IMG/VR virus record: IMGVR_UViG_3300015188_000003
Span: 1 to 40,896 of that record
DNA: 40,896 nt
Strand: one strand, 5' to 3'
Source of the DNA: a virus
Lineage: Duplodnaviria > Heunggongvirae > Uroviricota > Caudoviricetes
This document shows positions 1-9,083 of the stretch, one piece after another (the first letter of the stretch is position 1; the number at the start of each line of letters is the position of its first letter). Below the pieces are notes generated by a model. The model saw only the letters and a list, made by a program, of their open reading frames with translations, was not told where the DNA came from and searched no databases. The translations under genes were made by a program, and so were the position numbers.

Positions 1-141
1 CTGTTGTTAGCGGCCCCCGACGCCTCCATCGGGGTGGGTTCGAATGTGATAGTTTCGCCGGTTTCCAGTGTCGCCGTAAGTTCCTGTAGCCCACGAACAA
101 GATAGTACGTCTTTGACAACAACGGGTGGCTGATTTGCAAC
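1..141. repeat. 141-bp terminal direct repeat, identical to 40756..40896 (circular-closure overlap)
   Basis: First and last 141 nt of the window are the same sequence. Confidence 0.95.
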
Positions 142-218
142 GTGATGTAGTCCATCTCGCCGTCGGGATTTGAGGCCAGCTTACGGCGATAGGCGGCTTC
201 TACAGATTCCTGGCTCAT
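1..218 (-). CDS. minor tail protein (lambda L-like position), N-terminal part of a gene that crosses the circular junction
   Basis: ATG at 218..216 just after the stop of the upstream gene; reads MSQESVEAAYRRKLASNPDGEMDYITLQISHPLL in frame into track ORF 40458..40895; joined length 171 aa. Confidence 0.6.
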   Translation of the reverse strand, partial: MSQESVEAAYRRKLASNPDGEMDYITLQISHPLLSKTYYLVRGLQELTATLETGETITFEPTPMEASGAANN

Positions 219-221
219 AAA

Positions 222-1619
222 TTAACCGTCCACATTAAAATCAATACGAGTGATGTACTTACTACCCCACGCCGAATCCGCTTGGGGTATGGAGGCGTAA
301 CCGTCAACAGCCTGAACGTTTATCACGGAGCCGTCTGAATAGGTAATGTCGATGCTTGTTGCGCCGTTCATTGCTACTTTTGCCGATGCCATAGGGCGTG
401 CAGATGGTGATGCGTCAGTTACTATTGGCGACGTGGCAAATGGTGATTTTTCTATTTGCATCGCGCACACTAATATCCCACTAACCCCGTCGCCGACAAA
501 TGAGTCACCGGCGGAGTTTTTGTACACCCATGACGCTAAAAGCAGAGAAGACGCACCACCCTGGCGTATAGTTACCGTTTCTGTAAATCGATACCAACCA
601 TCGCCAAGCTCTGCTATATCGCTGCCGGGGGCGCCTATGTAAATAACCCCTGTCGATAAGTTAGCAACACAATCCGCGATAAACCCAGCATCATCAGCGG
701 CGCGAAGTCTCGCATAATTATAACCATAGGCCTTAGCAACGTAACTGAGAGTGTATACATCACCCTCCGCAAAAGCGGAAGACACCGATTGATATACGAG
801 ATGGCTGCCGTTTGTCTGGGTCGGGACTAGTGAGAACGTACCGCCGTTTAGAAATCCGTCAACTGCGTCAGACACTGTTGCTTTGGTTTTAATCCACGAT
901 GCGTCAGATAATTTCGACGATTTAATCAGGATATTACTGGACGCGGATTCCGGCGGCACACGCCCGACAGCAACCCCGTCAATAAACGTAAGGGGCCATT
1001 CATTGGCGGCGGACTGTACAAGATTACCATTGCGGTTGATGTAGTAAATCTGCGGCCCGTCGTAAATAATCCGGCTATCAAGCGTGGATGACAGCATGTT
1101 AATCGGCGGGTATCCTGCAGGCCCCTCATTGCTCCAGATGCGCGGGAACGTTGTCTCATAGTTAGCATATATTTTCAGGAAACTACCAAGGCAGTCACCA
1201 TAGCAGCCGTACAAATCCGGCAGATTATTGACAAGGCACTGGTTCTCGAGGTCCTGGAACGGTGATTTCTCAGCGGTTGCCGTGAAAGTAATCGTCCAGT
1301 TAATCCCGTCTTCAGTGGACTCCGCAATGGTGGACGTGATTGTCACCTGGTAGTCCTCAATACCCATGCCGAAGTCGTGCGCCATCCAGAAACTCGACGC
1401 ACCACCGTCGACTTTCTCAAGGAACGACAGAAACGCCTGCCGACCCAGCGCCGATGTAATCAGGGTTACGCTTATCGGGAACACGTCGTAATACGTGTCA
1501 CGGCCCTGACGCACCCCGCCACCGGCTAAATCTACACTCCAGACGTTGTTGCGTCTGGTCATTGAGTAGCCTTTCGATACCACCGGCTTAAGGCTACGTG
1601 GGAAATATAAGTCGCTCAT
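222..1619 (-). CDS. minor tail / distal tail protein (465 aa), first gene after tape measure
   Basis: Track ORF; start overlaps tape-measure stop at 1619; position-based call. Confidence 0.7.
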   Translation of the reverse strand: MSDLYFPRSLKPVVSKGYSMTRRNNVWSVDLAGGGVRQGRDTYYDVFPISVTLITSALGRQAFLSFLEKVDGGASSFWMAHDFGMGIEDYQVTITSTIAESTEDGINWTITFTATAEKSPFQDLENQCLVNNLPDLYGCYGDCLGSFLKIYANYETTFPRIWSNEGPAGYPPINMLSSTLDSRIIYDGPQIYYINRNGNLVQSAANEWPLTFIDGVAVGRVPPESASSNILIKSSKLSDASWIKTKATVSDAVDGFLNGGTFSLVPTQTNGSHLVYQSVSSAFAEGDVYTLSYVAKAYGYNYARLRAADDAGFIADCVANLSTGVIYIGAPGSDIAELGDGWYRFTETVTIRQGGASSLLLASWVYKNSAGDSFVGDGVSGILVCAMQIEKSPFATSPIVTDASPSARPMASAKVAMNGATSIDITYSDGSVINVQAVDGYASIPQADSAWGSKYITRIDFNVDG

Positions 1620-3931
1620 TATTTAAACCCCGGCGCGTTTCTTGTGGCCTTGCGGGCCTTGCTAATCTTACTGTTGCTGTTCTGCAAAGATGCAGCAACT
1701 TGCTCTTCTATGATGATACGCAGACGGCCTTCATCATCTTGCTCAGTGGACACGTTGCCAATCTGACTCGATGTATTATTTACAATGGTAACATTAGATG
1801 GGCCGGAAGAAGACCCGTTTTGCCCCATAATTTCTTTCATCTGCTGTGCGGTGCGTACACGTGACGCACCAGCGGGCATGATAACTTCTGGTTTACCACG
1901 TTCAGCGATGGTGGAAGCCTGCCCGGCTGATAACTGTCCGCCCTGTTCACGTGCGGACCTGATAGCGGAAATCTGCGCCATACCCGCCCCAACGGCAGCG
2001 GCGGCAGCTACAGGAGCCAGGAACGGACCAACTACAGGGATAGCCGCTGTGGACTTGTACGCCTCGATAGCCGCGGTGTACGTGGCGATAGTGGCCTGTA
2101 CGATAGCGAATGCCTTATACGCGCCAGAAGCCTCGCCCAAAGCCGAACCGATGTTTGAAGCCATGTTACCGAAGGCGGTTGCCGTTGCGTCGGCACGCTT
2201 CGTAGCATACTGCTCATTGATGGCGTTAAGCGCCGCCTGGTACTGCTTCTCACTAATAAGCCCCTGCTCACGGTACTTATCCGCTACCTCCAGTTTCTGC
2301 TGTTCCTGGATGTCGAGAAGCTCAAGCTCAGTAGCGTTCTGACCCATAATCTGTGCCATGAAGTCCTCGCCTTTCTGCTGCTTTTCCTGCTGCTCTTTTC
2401 TTTTCTTATCCAGTTCTTCCTGTCTGGCCTGCTCGGCTGTGAGCATAATTTGAGTTTTGGCGTTTTCATACTGCTGCTGGCTTATCGTTCCGGTGCGGTT
2501 GAACTCCTCCAGTTTCGCCAGTTTCTGTTCTTCCGCAGCGGTAATGCGCGAAATCTCATCTCCGGTTGTGCGGTCGACAGTAGCCAGGAAATCTTCCGCC
2601 GCTTTTTTCTGTCGTTCAGCCGCCGTTTCTTCGCGTTTGGCTTGTGCCGCCAGCCGTTTCTCGTTCGATTTGGCCTCGCGGTCGGCCTTCGCTTTTTCGG
2701 TAGCGTCGATGCGAGCGATGTCTTGTTGTGCTTCCGTGTCACGCGCAGCATTATACGCGGCGATCTGTTCTTTGGTGACAGCTTCACGTTTAGCGAACGC
2801 CTGCTTATCCAGTTCAGCTTGCGCACGGATACGCTCGCGGTCACTTAAGATAGCGATTTGCTGGTTTTTGACGATAGCTTCGTTCTGTTCCTGGAATCTC
2901 TGCGTTGTTGAGTTGACGTTACGACCAAGATTCTTTTGGGCCTCCGCCGCCGCGTTTGCGGACTTCTCCGCGTTCTCCAGTGCCGTGGCGTTCTTGTTGG
3001 CATTGTCGGTCAGGCGGATAAGTTCCGGGTTCAACTGTTTTGTATTACCGAGCCAGTCGGTAAACACATCGGCGATGCGACGGGCATTCTCGGCGGTTGG
3101 CTCTTTGTTAAACGCACTCTGCGCCGCTATCATCTCCAGCGCCTGGTCACGGTTAACCCCAAACTTACTGCTAAGCTCTGCGATATTCTGCGCCAGCATG
3201 TTGACGCCTACGATGTTACCCTCGTAAGTGCCACCGAGTTTTTCTAACGTGTCGCCTACATCCGCACCTTTAGAGACCAATGCATCGTACTGGCTGATAG
3301 CTGATGCTGTGGATGCCTTCCATGTCTCCCATGATTCTGCGTCCTCACGAACAGCTTTAGCTGTTTGCTGTGCGATAAGGTCCGCGTTAGCCTTAGCCAG
3401 CGCAAGCTGAGTCTCCGCCGCTTCTCTGCTGATTTGGGTAAGCTGGATAAGGCCGTCTGTCAGTTCGAGAGAGCCGGACGCCGTTTGCTGGAAAGTATCT
3501 TTTAGCTGTTTCTGTGCGGCTTCGAGGTCTTTTGAACTGCCTTCTGCTTCGGTTAACGATTTATACAGGACACCACCGATTGCTGACGCAAGAGCAATTA
3601 CGGCCCCAAGCACCGCGCCACCAGGGCCGAAAGCACCCGCAAGCTGAGAGCCTTGTTGCCCGATTGCTACGAATGCAGACGTGCCGGACTGCAACTGGAC
3701 GACCATGTCCTGCACCTGGAAGCCTACCTGCCCGGCGGCGTTACGGAATTTAGCGAAACCGTCAGAAGCCGCTTTAGACGTAGCGGAGTTTACTTTATTA
3801 ACATCCGGCGTTAGTTTGTTTACGGATGTGTCCGCACGGTCTGCGGATGCCGCCATAGCGTCAAGCTGTTTAGCGGCTACATCAGCGCCTTCTGTTTTTA
3901 CTCTGGCAATTAGGGAAGCCGTATCAGCCAT
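1619..3931 (-). CDS. tail tape measure protein
   Basis: Long Ala/Gln/Lys-rich coiled-coil ORF with Gly/Ala-rich hydrophobic segment, directly after G/G-T; ATG at 3931 with GAGGG SD (track start 3946 is TTG). Confidence 0.85.
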   Translation of the reverse strand: MADTASLIARVKTEGADVAAKQLDAMAASADRADTSVNKLTPDVNKVNSATSKAASDGFAKFRNAAGQVGFQVQDMVVQLQSGTSAFVAIGQQGSQLAGAFGPGGAVLGAVIALASAIGGVLYKSLTEAEGSSKDLEAAQKQLKDTFQQTASGSLELTDGLIQLTQISREAAETQLALAKANADLIAQQTAKAVREDAESWETWKASTASAISQYDALVSKGADVGDTLEKLGGTYEGNIVGVNMLAQNIAELSSKFGVNRDQALEMIAAQSAFNKEPTAENARRIADVFTDWLGNTKQLNPELIRLTDNANKNATALENAEKSANAAAEAQKNLGRNVNSTTQRFQEQNEAIVKNQQIAILSDRERIRAQAELDKQAFAKREAVTKEQIAAYNAARDTEAQQDIARIDATEKAKADREAKSNEKRLAAQAKREETAAERQKKAAEDFLATVDRTTGDEISRITAAEEQKLAKLEEFNRTGTISQQQYENAKTQIMLTAEQARQEELDKKRKEQQEKQQKGEDFMAQIMGQNATELELLDIQEQQKLEVADKYREQGLISEKQYQAALNAINEQYATKRADATATAFGNMASNIGSALGEASGAYKAFAIVQATIATYTAAIEAYKSTAAIPVVGPFLAPVAAAAAVGAGMAQISAIRSAREQGGQLSAGQASTIAERGKPEVIMPAGASRVRTAQQMKEIMGQNGSSSGPSNVTIVNNTSSQIGNVSTEQDDEGRLRIIIEEQVAASLQNSNSKISKARKATRNAPGFK

Positions 3932-4702
3932 CTTCTCTGCCCTCAAATATTCCGTCTAAGCCCATGATAACCTCGGCTTCGAACAAACTTATGCCGTAAC
4001 CGGCGACATCACGAAACGCTACCAAATCTTGCCATTTGAGCGCATCGCGCGGGATTATAACGATGGTATCATCTGTTTCGCGCTGTAGGAATTTAATGGC
4101 ACGGTATTTCTCGAACACGTCGATAAGAGAAACGGGGCATTCAGGCCCCGTCGTTTCTTTTATCTGCGGTTCTTTAATCACGCCCATTGCAATCAAAGCC
4201 GCCTGGTGGCCCGCCGCGATGTCGTCGAATTGCTTACGTTTGTGGCGGTCGACAAAGCACCATTGCGCAAATTCATACAGCGCTTTTACTTTTCCGAAAG
4301 TTTCTCGCGGCTATCGGTGTGGTGCTTAACTACGGCTTCTGCCAGTCCGCTGTACTGGTCAAACAGGTTAGCCAGCGCCTCTTTGCTGAACGGTTCGTCG
4401 AACGACCAACCGGTGACGATTTCCACGGCAAGCTGCTTGTTCAGGTCCATCACCCGCCAGCCCTTCTCATCATTATAACGCGCCCAGTTATTCAGTGCCT
4501 CGCACTCTTTATCTAAGGGCGCAAGTTCTTCCGTAAGGCGTCGAATTGCCGTTGTGTAGGCGCGGCCTGCACGAACACCCGCATCACAATCAGGGCCAAT
4601 GACCTGCAGCCATTCGCCGGAGTCTTTACCACTCGGCAGAAGGATAGGCATTTTAGTACCAGCAGCGTGGCGGTCGGCAAAATAAAAATCAGAAAGTTTC
4701 AT
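3924..4702 (-). CDS. tail assembly chaperone G-T fusion via programmed -1 frameshift (inferred)
   Basis: -1 frame is open from 4310 to 3924 and overlaps the last 8 codons of G; mRNA ends GAA-AAG-TAA where tRNA-Lys can slip AAG to AAA; T frame stops 8 nt inside the tape-measure start. Confidence 0.55.
4286..4702 (-). CDS. tail assembly chaperone (G-like)
   Basis: 138-aa ORF immediately upstream of tape measure; overlapping -1 frame open to 3924. Confidence 0.7.
   Translation of the reverse strand: MKLSDFYFADRHAAGTKMPILLPSGKDSGEWLQVIGPDCDAGVRAGRAYTTAIRRLTEELAPLDKECEALNNWARYNDEKGWRVMDLNKQLAVEIVTGWSFDEPFSKEALANLFDQYSGLAEAVVKHHTDSREKLSEK
4289..4295 (-). other. candidate -1 ribosomal slip site (mRNA G-GAA-AAG just before G stop)
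   Basis: Only position where G and T frames overlap with a Lys AAG/AAA slip option. Confidence 0.4.
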
Positions 4703-4809
4703 TCTTTAATCCTTTGGTTAAGAGGTTACAGGTTAAGGTTAATGCGCCAGACGGGAACCACCCGCTTTTCGTGTGCGACACTAGGCGCAAACTTATTCTA
4801 ACACACTAC

Positions 4810-4838
4810 TTGCGCGCCCCAATATAATAGGGTACTAT
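4810..4838 (+). promoter_or_regulatory. sigma70-like promoter TTGCGC-N17-TACTAT with embedded operator-like 18-mer (4824..4841)
   Basis: Near-identical to the block at 13046..13074; sits upstream of + gene 4867. Confidence 0.45.
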
Positions 4839-4866
4839 TCACCAGTAACTTACTGAGGGTATAATT

Positions 4867-5193
4867 ATGCGTAAATTAGTATTAGCTCTGGGGTTTATGT
4901 CTTTTGCTACTTTTGGAGCCCCGTGCGAACAGGTATTTAGTGAATCTGTTCTTATGACTTCTGGTGTGCTTGATAAAGCCGACCCTACTATTGTAAAGGC
5001 ATTTAAGGACTCCACAGTCCGTGAATGCGAGGCCGCCGTAGATGTCGGTAAATCGGGCCTACCTCCGCAAGCCGTAACATACACGGTAATACGTTCGGTA
5101 GAGAAAACCGGAGACGCGTTTTACAGCCTTCTGACAGCCACCCGTCTGCAAATGGTAATGACTGGATGGGCAATAGGCGCAGAAAGTAAATAG
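4867..5193 (+). CDS. secreted/periplasmic small protein (108 aa), function unknown
   Basis: N-terminal signal peptide MRKLVLALGFMSFATFGAP; GAGGG SD 7 nt upstream; AT-richer than flanking genes; opposite strand to surrounding tail genes. Confidence 0.75.
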   Translation: MRKLVLALGFMSFATFGAPCEQVFSESVLMTSGVLDKADPTIVKAFKDSTVRECEAAVDVGKSGLPPQAVTYTVIRSVEKTGDAFYSLLTATRLQMVMTGWAIGAESK

Positions 5194-5257
5194 TTGCCTT
5201 TATTTAAAGGAATCCACTGTGGTTAAATAGGACAAATCCTAAGCACGAGGAATAAGC

Positions 5258-6388
5258 ATGGCCCGGAAGAAAATAACCGACGAACAGTTACAGGAAGAAT
5301 TGAACGCCGGTATGAAGAATATCGACATCGCCCGTAAATACGGCATCTCAGACCGCGTTATTCGTATCCGTAAAGCGAAGCTGGCTAAGAAAGGCGTAGG
5401 CCACGGGCGCGACGTCAGCCACCTTGTGCCAGATGGCTACAAGATTAAAGGAACGTCGTCACTTGTGGACGAATACGGCAACACTAAGCTGCAATGGGTT
5501 AAGACCGACACCGATGCCGAACGTCAGGTCGAGTTGATGAAAGCCGTAATCGAGGGCATGAAGTCAGAGATTACGCCCGTTGCGCCTGTTAAAGCCGTTC
5601 GAGCCAAACGCGACGATAAACTGCTCAATCTTTACACTGTATCTGATTTCCATCTCGGTATGCTGGCGTGGGCCGACGAGAGCGGCGACGACTGGGACAT
5701 AAAGATTGCGGAAGACCTGTTCTCCCGCTGGTTCGATGCGGCGTTTAAGAAAGCACCGGACGCGGGGACAGGTGTTATTAACCTGCTGGGTGACCTTGCG
5801 CACTTCGATAGTCTGGATGCCGTTACACCAGCGAGTGGTCATATCCTTGACGCGGACACGCGCTACCAGAAACTTGTCCGCTACATGATTCGTATGGTAC
5901 GTCGTGTCGTTGATATGGCTCTTGTTAAGCATAAAACTGTTCGCTTGCTTATCGTGCAAGGGAACCACGACGAAAGCGGAATGATTTGGTTAGCTGAGAT
6001 GTTCAGTACGCTATACGACAACGAGCCTCGTGTGTTCGTCGATACGTCGCCGGATGTTTACAAGATGGTGCAACACGGCAAAACGACGTTGTTCTTCCAT
6101 CACGGGCATAAGGCACGCTTCGACGCTATCGAACCGGTTATGATTGCCAAGTTCCGCAAAGCGTTCGGTGAGAGTGTTTACAGCTACGCCCACGTAGGCC
6201 ACCTGCACCACCAGAAGATTGTAGAAAGCCGTAACATGATTGTTGAGCAACACCGCACCTTAGCGGCGAAAGACGCCTACGCCTCGCGCGGCGGATGGAT
6301 GTCTGGGCGTAGCGCAAACGTAATTACTTATAGCGCCGAATATGGCGAGGTCGCACGTTTAACTATTTCACCGGAGATGCTGGGATGA
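5258..6388 (+). CDS. HTH-domain protein fused to calcineurin-like metallophosphoesterase
   Basis: N-terminal HTH-like NIDIARKYGISDRVIRIRK; phosphoesterase motifs SDFHLG, GDLAHFD, GNHDE, HHGH, GHLHH; GAGGA SD. Confidence 0.8.
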   Translation: MARKKITDEQLQEELNAGMKNIDIARKYGISDRVIRIRKAKLAKKGVGHGRDVSHLVPDGYKIKGTSSLVDEYGNTKLQWVKTDTDAERQVELMKAVIEGMKSEITPVAPVKAVRAKRDDKLLNLYTVSDFHLGMLAWADESGDDWDIKIAEDLFSRWFDAAFKKAPDAGTGVINLLGDLAHFDSLDAVTPASGHILDADTRYQKLVRYMIRMVRRVVDMALVKHKTVRLLIVQGNHDESGMIWLAEMFSTLYDNEPRVFVDTSPDVYKMVQHGKTTLFFHHGHKARFDAIEPVMIAKFRKAFGESVYSYAHVGHLHHQKIVESRNMIVEQHRTLAAKDAYASRGGWMSGRSANVITYSAEYGEVARLTISPEMLG

Positions 6389-6615
6389 CTTCAAAATACA
6401 ACCGCACAATGACAAATACTCACGGCAGCACTATGACAGTAGACGTTTATGATGTGCTCCGCGCTTTCGACATCCGCGACCCGGCGTTACAGCACGCATT
6501 GAAGAAGCTATTGTGCATGGGTTTACGTGGACACAAGGACACCGGAACCGACTTAGCGGAAGCAATTGAAAGTCTGGAAAAGTTACGGGAGTACAGGAGT
6601 AACATTGATGAGTAA
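6385..6615 (+). CDS. hypothetical protein (76 aa)
   Basis: ATGA start/stop overlap with upstream gene; followed by terminator. Confidence 0.6.
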   Translation: MTSKYNRTMTNTHGSTMTVDVYDVLRAFDIRDPALQHALKKLLCMGLRGHKDTGTDLAEAIESLEKLREYRSNIDE

Positions 6616-6647
6616 TAAAAAAGGCCCCTTTCGGGGCCTTAGTTTTA
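6616..6647. terminator. bidirectional rho-independent terminator (AAGGCCCC-TTTC-GGGGCCTT flanked by A-run and T-run)
   Basis: Perfect 8-bp GC stem with U-tracts on both strands between convergent genes. Confidence 0.75.
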
Positions 6648-7811
6648 TGCGTAGGTGATACGCTGAATAACAATAGACGACTGGTACTGGTTGCCAGTAG
6701 CCTGGCCTTCAATGGACTGAGTGATTGACTCAGGTCCGCCAATCTCTGGGGTAACTGCCGTAAGCTCCGCACGTTTCAAACTGAAAGACATAGCCCCGTT
6801 TACCCCCGCCAGAATAGAGTTAATCTCTACCTGCTGCTCGTTGATAAACTTCTGAATCATCGCCATGTCATACAGCTTGCCGGAGATGGAGAAGGTGTTA
6901 GCCGCGCGGCTACGTTCTACAAACGCTACGTTAGTGTTGCCGAGTTCGAACTGCGCGGATGCGCTGTTGTCGTTGGTGATGGTCAGGCTGTCGCAACGCA
7001 ACGGCGTATAGCCGTCAAACACAGAAACGTCAACCGAGGAGAATGGCTCATCACCAAACGTGACAGAGGAGAAGTTGGAACCAGACGGCGGCGTAGTAAG
7101 AATCTCCTGGCTGCGCCCGATGAACGGGAAGCTACCTGTAACCATCGCGTTAACGGCCTGCTCAACGGTGAAACCGGAAACTTCCACACCTTTGGTTAGT
7201 GTGTATGCGTAAGTCCCGCCGCACTGTCCTTTGTACCAGGTGAGAATAGAGAACGTCTTACATGTGTTACCGGTTTCCAGCGTGTCGCCAGTTTTAGCCT
7301 TACTAGTTTTTGTCTCGGTGGTCAGGGTGTGTTGGATGCCTGCACCAGTAACAACGGTAGCCGTTACTGCGGTAACAATAAATGGTTTTGCGTTATCGCC
7401 TGTTAAGTCGGTAAACGCAATCAGGTCGCCTACCTCAACTCCGTCAGTGATAAAACTGCCGGTAGCGCGTGTGAACGTCTTGCCCGCGGGTGCGACGGTG
7501 ATCGATAGTCCTGGCAGAGAAACACCGGATTGCCACGTAGAGCCTAAAGCACCTGCCAACCAGTCATCCTGGCTTTTAGAGCTAAGCTCAATTGCGTATT
7601 CACCGCTAACCTGTTTGTTACCGGTGCGGATGGATGTAGTTTCACGGCTGCCGTCGAGTTCGTTGGAGGTCAGTGTGTCACGGGTAATGGCAGGAACACC
7701 GCCCGTGTTACGTAATGGTGACCAGACCGGGTTAGTCGGTGTTACACCCGGGGTCACTTCCGCCACATAGAATTGCGCGGTATTCGCGCCCTTAAAAGGA
7801 GTTGTAGCCAT
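6645..7811 (-). CDS. major tail protein (candidate)
   Basis: 388-aa ORF, last large gene before the chaperone position, followed by strong terminator; ATG at 7811 with AAGAGG SD (track start 7817 is GTG). Confidence 0.65.
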   Translation of the reverse strand: MATTPFKGANTAQFYVAEVTPGVTPTNPVWSPLRNTGGVPAITRDTLTSNELDGSRETTSIRTGNKQVSGEYAIELSSKSQDDWLAGALGSTWQSGVSLPGLSITVAPAGKTFTRATGSFITDGVEVGDLIAFTDLTGDNAKPFIVTAVTATVVTGAGIQHTLTTETKTSKAKTGDTLETGNTCKTFSILTWYKGQCGGTYAYTLTKGVEVSGFTVEQAVNAMVTGSFPFIGRSQEILTTPPSGSNFSSVTFGDEPFSSVDVSVFDGYTPLRCDSLTITNDNSASAQFELGNTNVAFVERSRAANTFSISGKLYDMAMIQKFINEQQVEINSILAGVNGAMSFSLKRAELTAVTPEIGGPESITQSIEGQATGNQYQSSIVIQRITYA

Positions 7812-7813
7812 AT

Positions 7814-8227
7814 TCACAGCCTCTTGGTGAATGCTATAAAGTTAATTGACAATGGCCGTTTGGCCCATCCGTTTTCTACAATCAGCGGCCCCAGGCTAAC
7901 CGATTGAACCTCGGCGCAGATGTCGTTACGTGAAAATGACTTACCTGCTTTAAACGCCGTGTTAAGTAAGTCTGCCATTTTATTGATTTCCGCGCTACCT
8001 TTCGCCGATGCGTAGTTAATGTCGACCTGATAAATACCAGAGCGTTGTTCCGTGAAGAACAAATCCGCCTGCTCGGTATCCGCCAGTAACATGTAACTTG
8101 CAAGATACGGCGTATCGGTTGACGTCGGCGCGTCGATGTTTTCAAGCGCGACTTTGATGCCGTTGGTGGTTCCGAAGGCCACCAGCGGCACATCAAACGC
8201 TTTGGTTAAGTCCTCAAAGTAGCCCAT
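7814..8227 (-). CDS. tail terminator / tail completion protein (position-based)
   Basis: 137-aa ORF immediately upstream of major tail gene. Confidence 0.55.
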   Translation of the reverse strand: MGYFEDLTKAFDVPLVAFGTTNGIKVALENIDAPTSTDTPYLASYMLLADTEQADLFFTEQRSGIYQVDINYASAKGSAEINKMADLLNTAFKAGKSFSRNDICAEVQSVSLGPLIVENGWAKRPLSINFIAFTKRL

Positions 8228-8727
8228 TATTTATACTTCCTCGCTTCTTCTTCCAGCAGTTTATTGAACCGCTGAACGTTAACCCGGACAACACCTTGCG
8301 GGGCCTGAAGGGAATACCCGTCTGTGGTTGTTCTGCTGGGTGCTTTCGGCCTCAATGGCCCAACAAATTTAGAGCCTAAGTTAGAAGGACGCTTAGGGCC
8401 ATGGAAGCCGGTAGCGTAACCCCCGAACTCTATAACTTCCGCATACGGCAGATTATTTGTCAGGGTGAACTCGCTCCAGTCGGGTAAACCAGACACGGTA
8501 GAAACCATGGCACTTATTGCGTTCGCCCCGCTAGGGTCAGTACCGCGGCTTGTACCGGAAGCGGGGGTACTGCCAGAGGCCATCCAGTTCATTCGGAACC
8601 GGCCTGTATCTACCGGACTCGCCTTTATAATAGCGGAAAACAGCTTGATAGACACCTGACGCATCACCTTCTCGGGGTTCTTCTTCGCCTTTTCCACGAA
8701 CTTAGAGACATCAAGCGCGAAACTCAT
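8227..8727 (-). CDS. head-tail joining protein, HK97 gp10-like (tentative)
   Basis: 166-aa ORF with PVDTGRFR-type motif; 1-nt overlap with next gene. Confidence 0.55.
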   Translation of the reverse strand: MSFALDVSKFVEKAKKNPEKVMRQVSIKLFSAIIKASPVDTGRFRMNWMASGSTPASGTSRGTDPSGANAISAMVSTVSGLPDWSEFTLTNNLPYAEVIEFGGYATGFHGPKRPSNLGSKFVGPLRPKAPSRTTTDGYSLQAPQGVVRVNVQRFNKLLEEEARKYK

Positions 8728-9083
8728 TTTCTCACCTGAATAAAGTATGCCACGACATCACCATTAACCATCTTCTTCTCGATGGCTACGACAGACCATT
8801 GCCCGCCGTCGAATTGCACCTTGTCTTCCATCTTCGGAACGACACTGCAATCGGCTTTAACAATCACATCACCGGCCTGAATCGTCGTACCGTTTACCAG
8901 TCCAGCGTTTACCGGAACCGGAACCGCTTTCAACGGCAACACTTCATCCGCAGACCAGACGTATTCACCGAGAACTTCATCCCACACTTTCGAGCCAGCG
9001 CGGACGAGAGATACCGTGCTGCCGAACTTGGTTAGCAGGCGTGTACCCACGCCTTGCATACGTTTACTGAAAGCGGTGCTCAT
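8724..9083 (-). CDS. head closure / head-tail adaptor protein (position-based)
   Basis: 119-aa ORF; ATGA overlap downstream. Confidence 0.55.
   Translation of the reverse strand: MSTAFSKRMQGVGTRLLTKFGSTVSLVRAGSKVWDEVLGEYVWSADEVLPLKAVPVPVNAGLVNGTTIQAGDVIVKADCSVVPKMEDKVQFDGGQWSVVAIEKKMVNGDVVAYFIQVRK

Noticed and set aside
38-50. tRNA-like T-loop sequence GGGTTCGAAT inside the terminal repeat
   Set aside because: No acceptor stem, D-arm or anticodon arm around it, and it lies inside the junction-spanning tail CDS.
1785-3410. Several + strand track ORFs (1785..2342, 2457..3227, 2936..3247, 3228..3410) overlapping the tape-measure gene
   Set aside because: Antisense shadow ORFs of a long Ala-rich coding region; no SD sequences or coupling; Ser/Arg/Cys-rich junk composition.
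4839-5084. - strand ORF overlapping the signal-peptide gene
   Set aside because: The + ORF has a promoter, SD and signal peptide; the antisense ORF has none.
5564-6253. Antisense and alternative-frame ORFs inside the phosphoesterase gene
   Set aside because: Embedded in a gene with clear catalytic motifs; no initiation signals.
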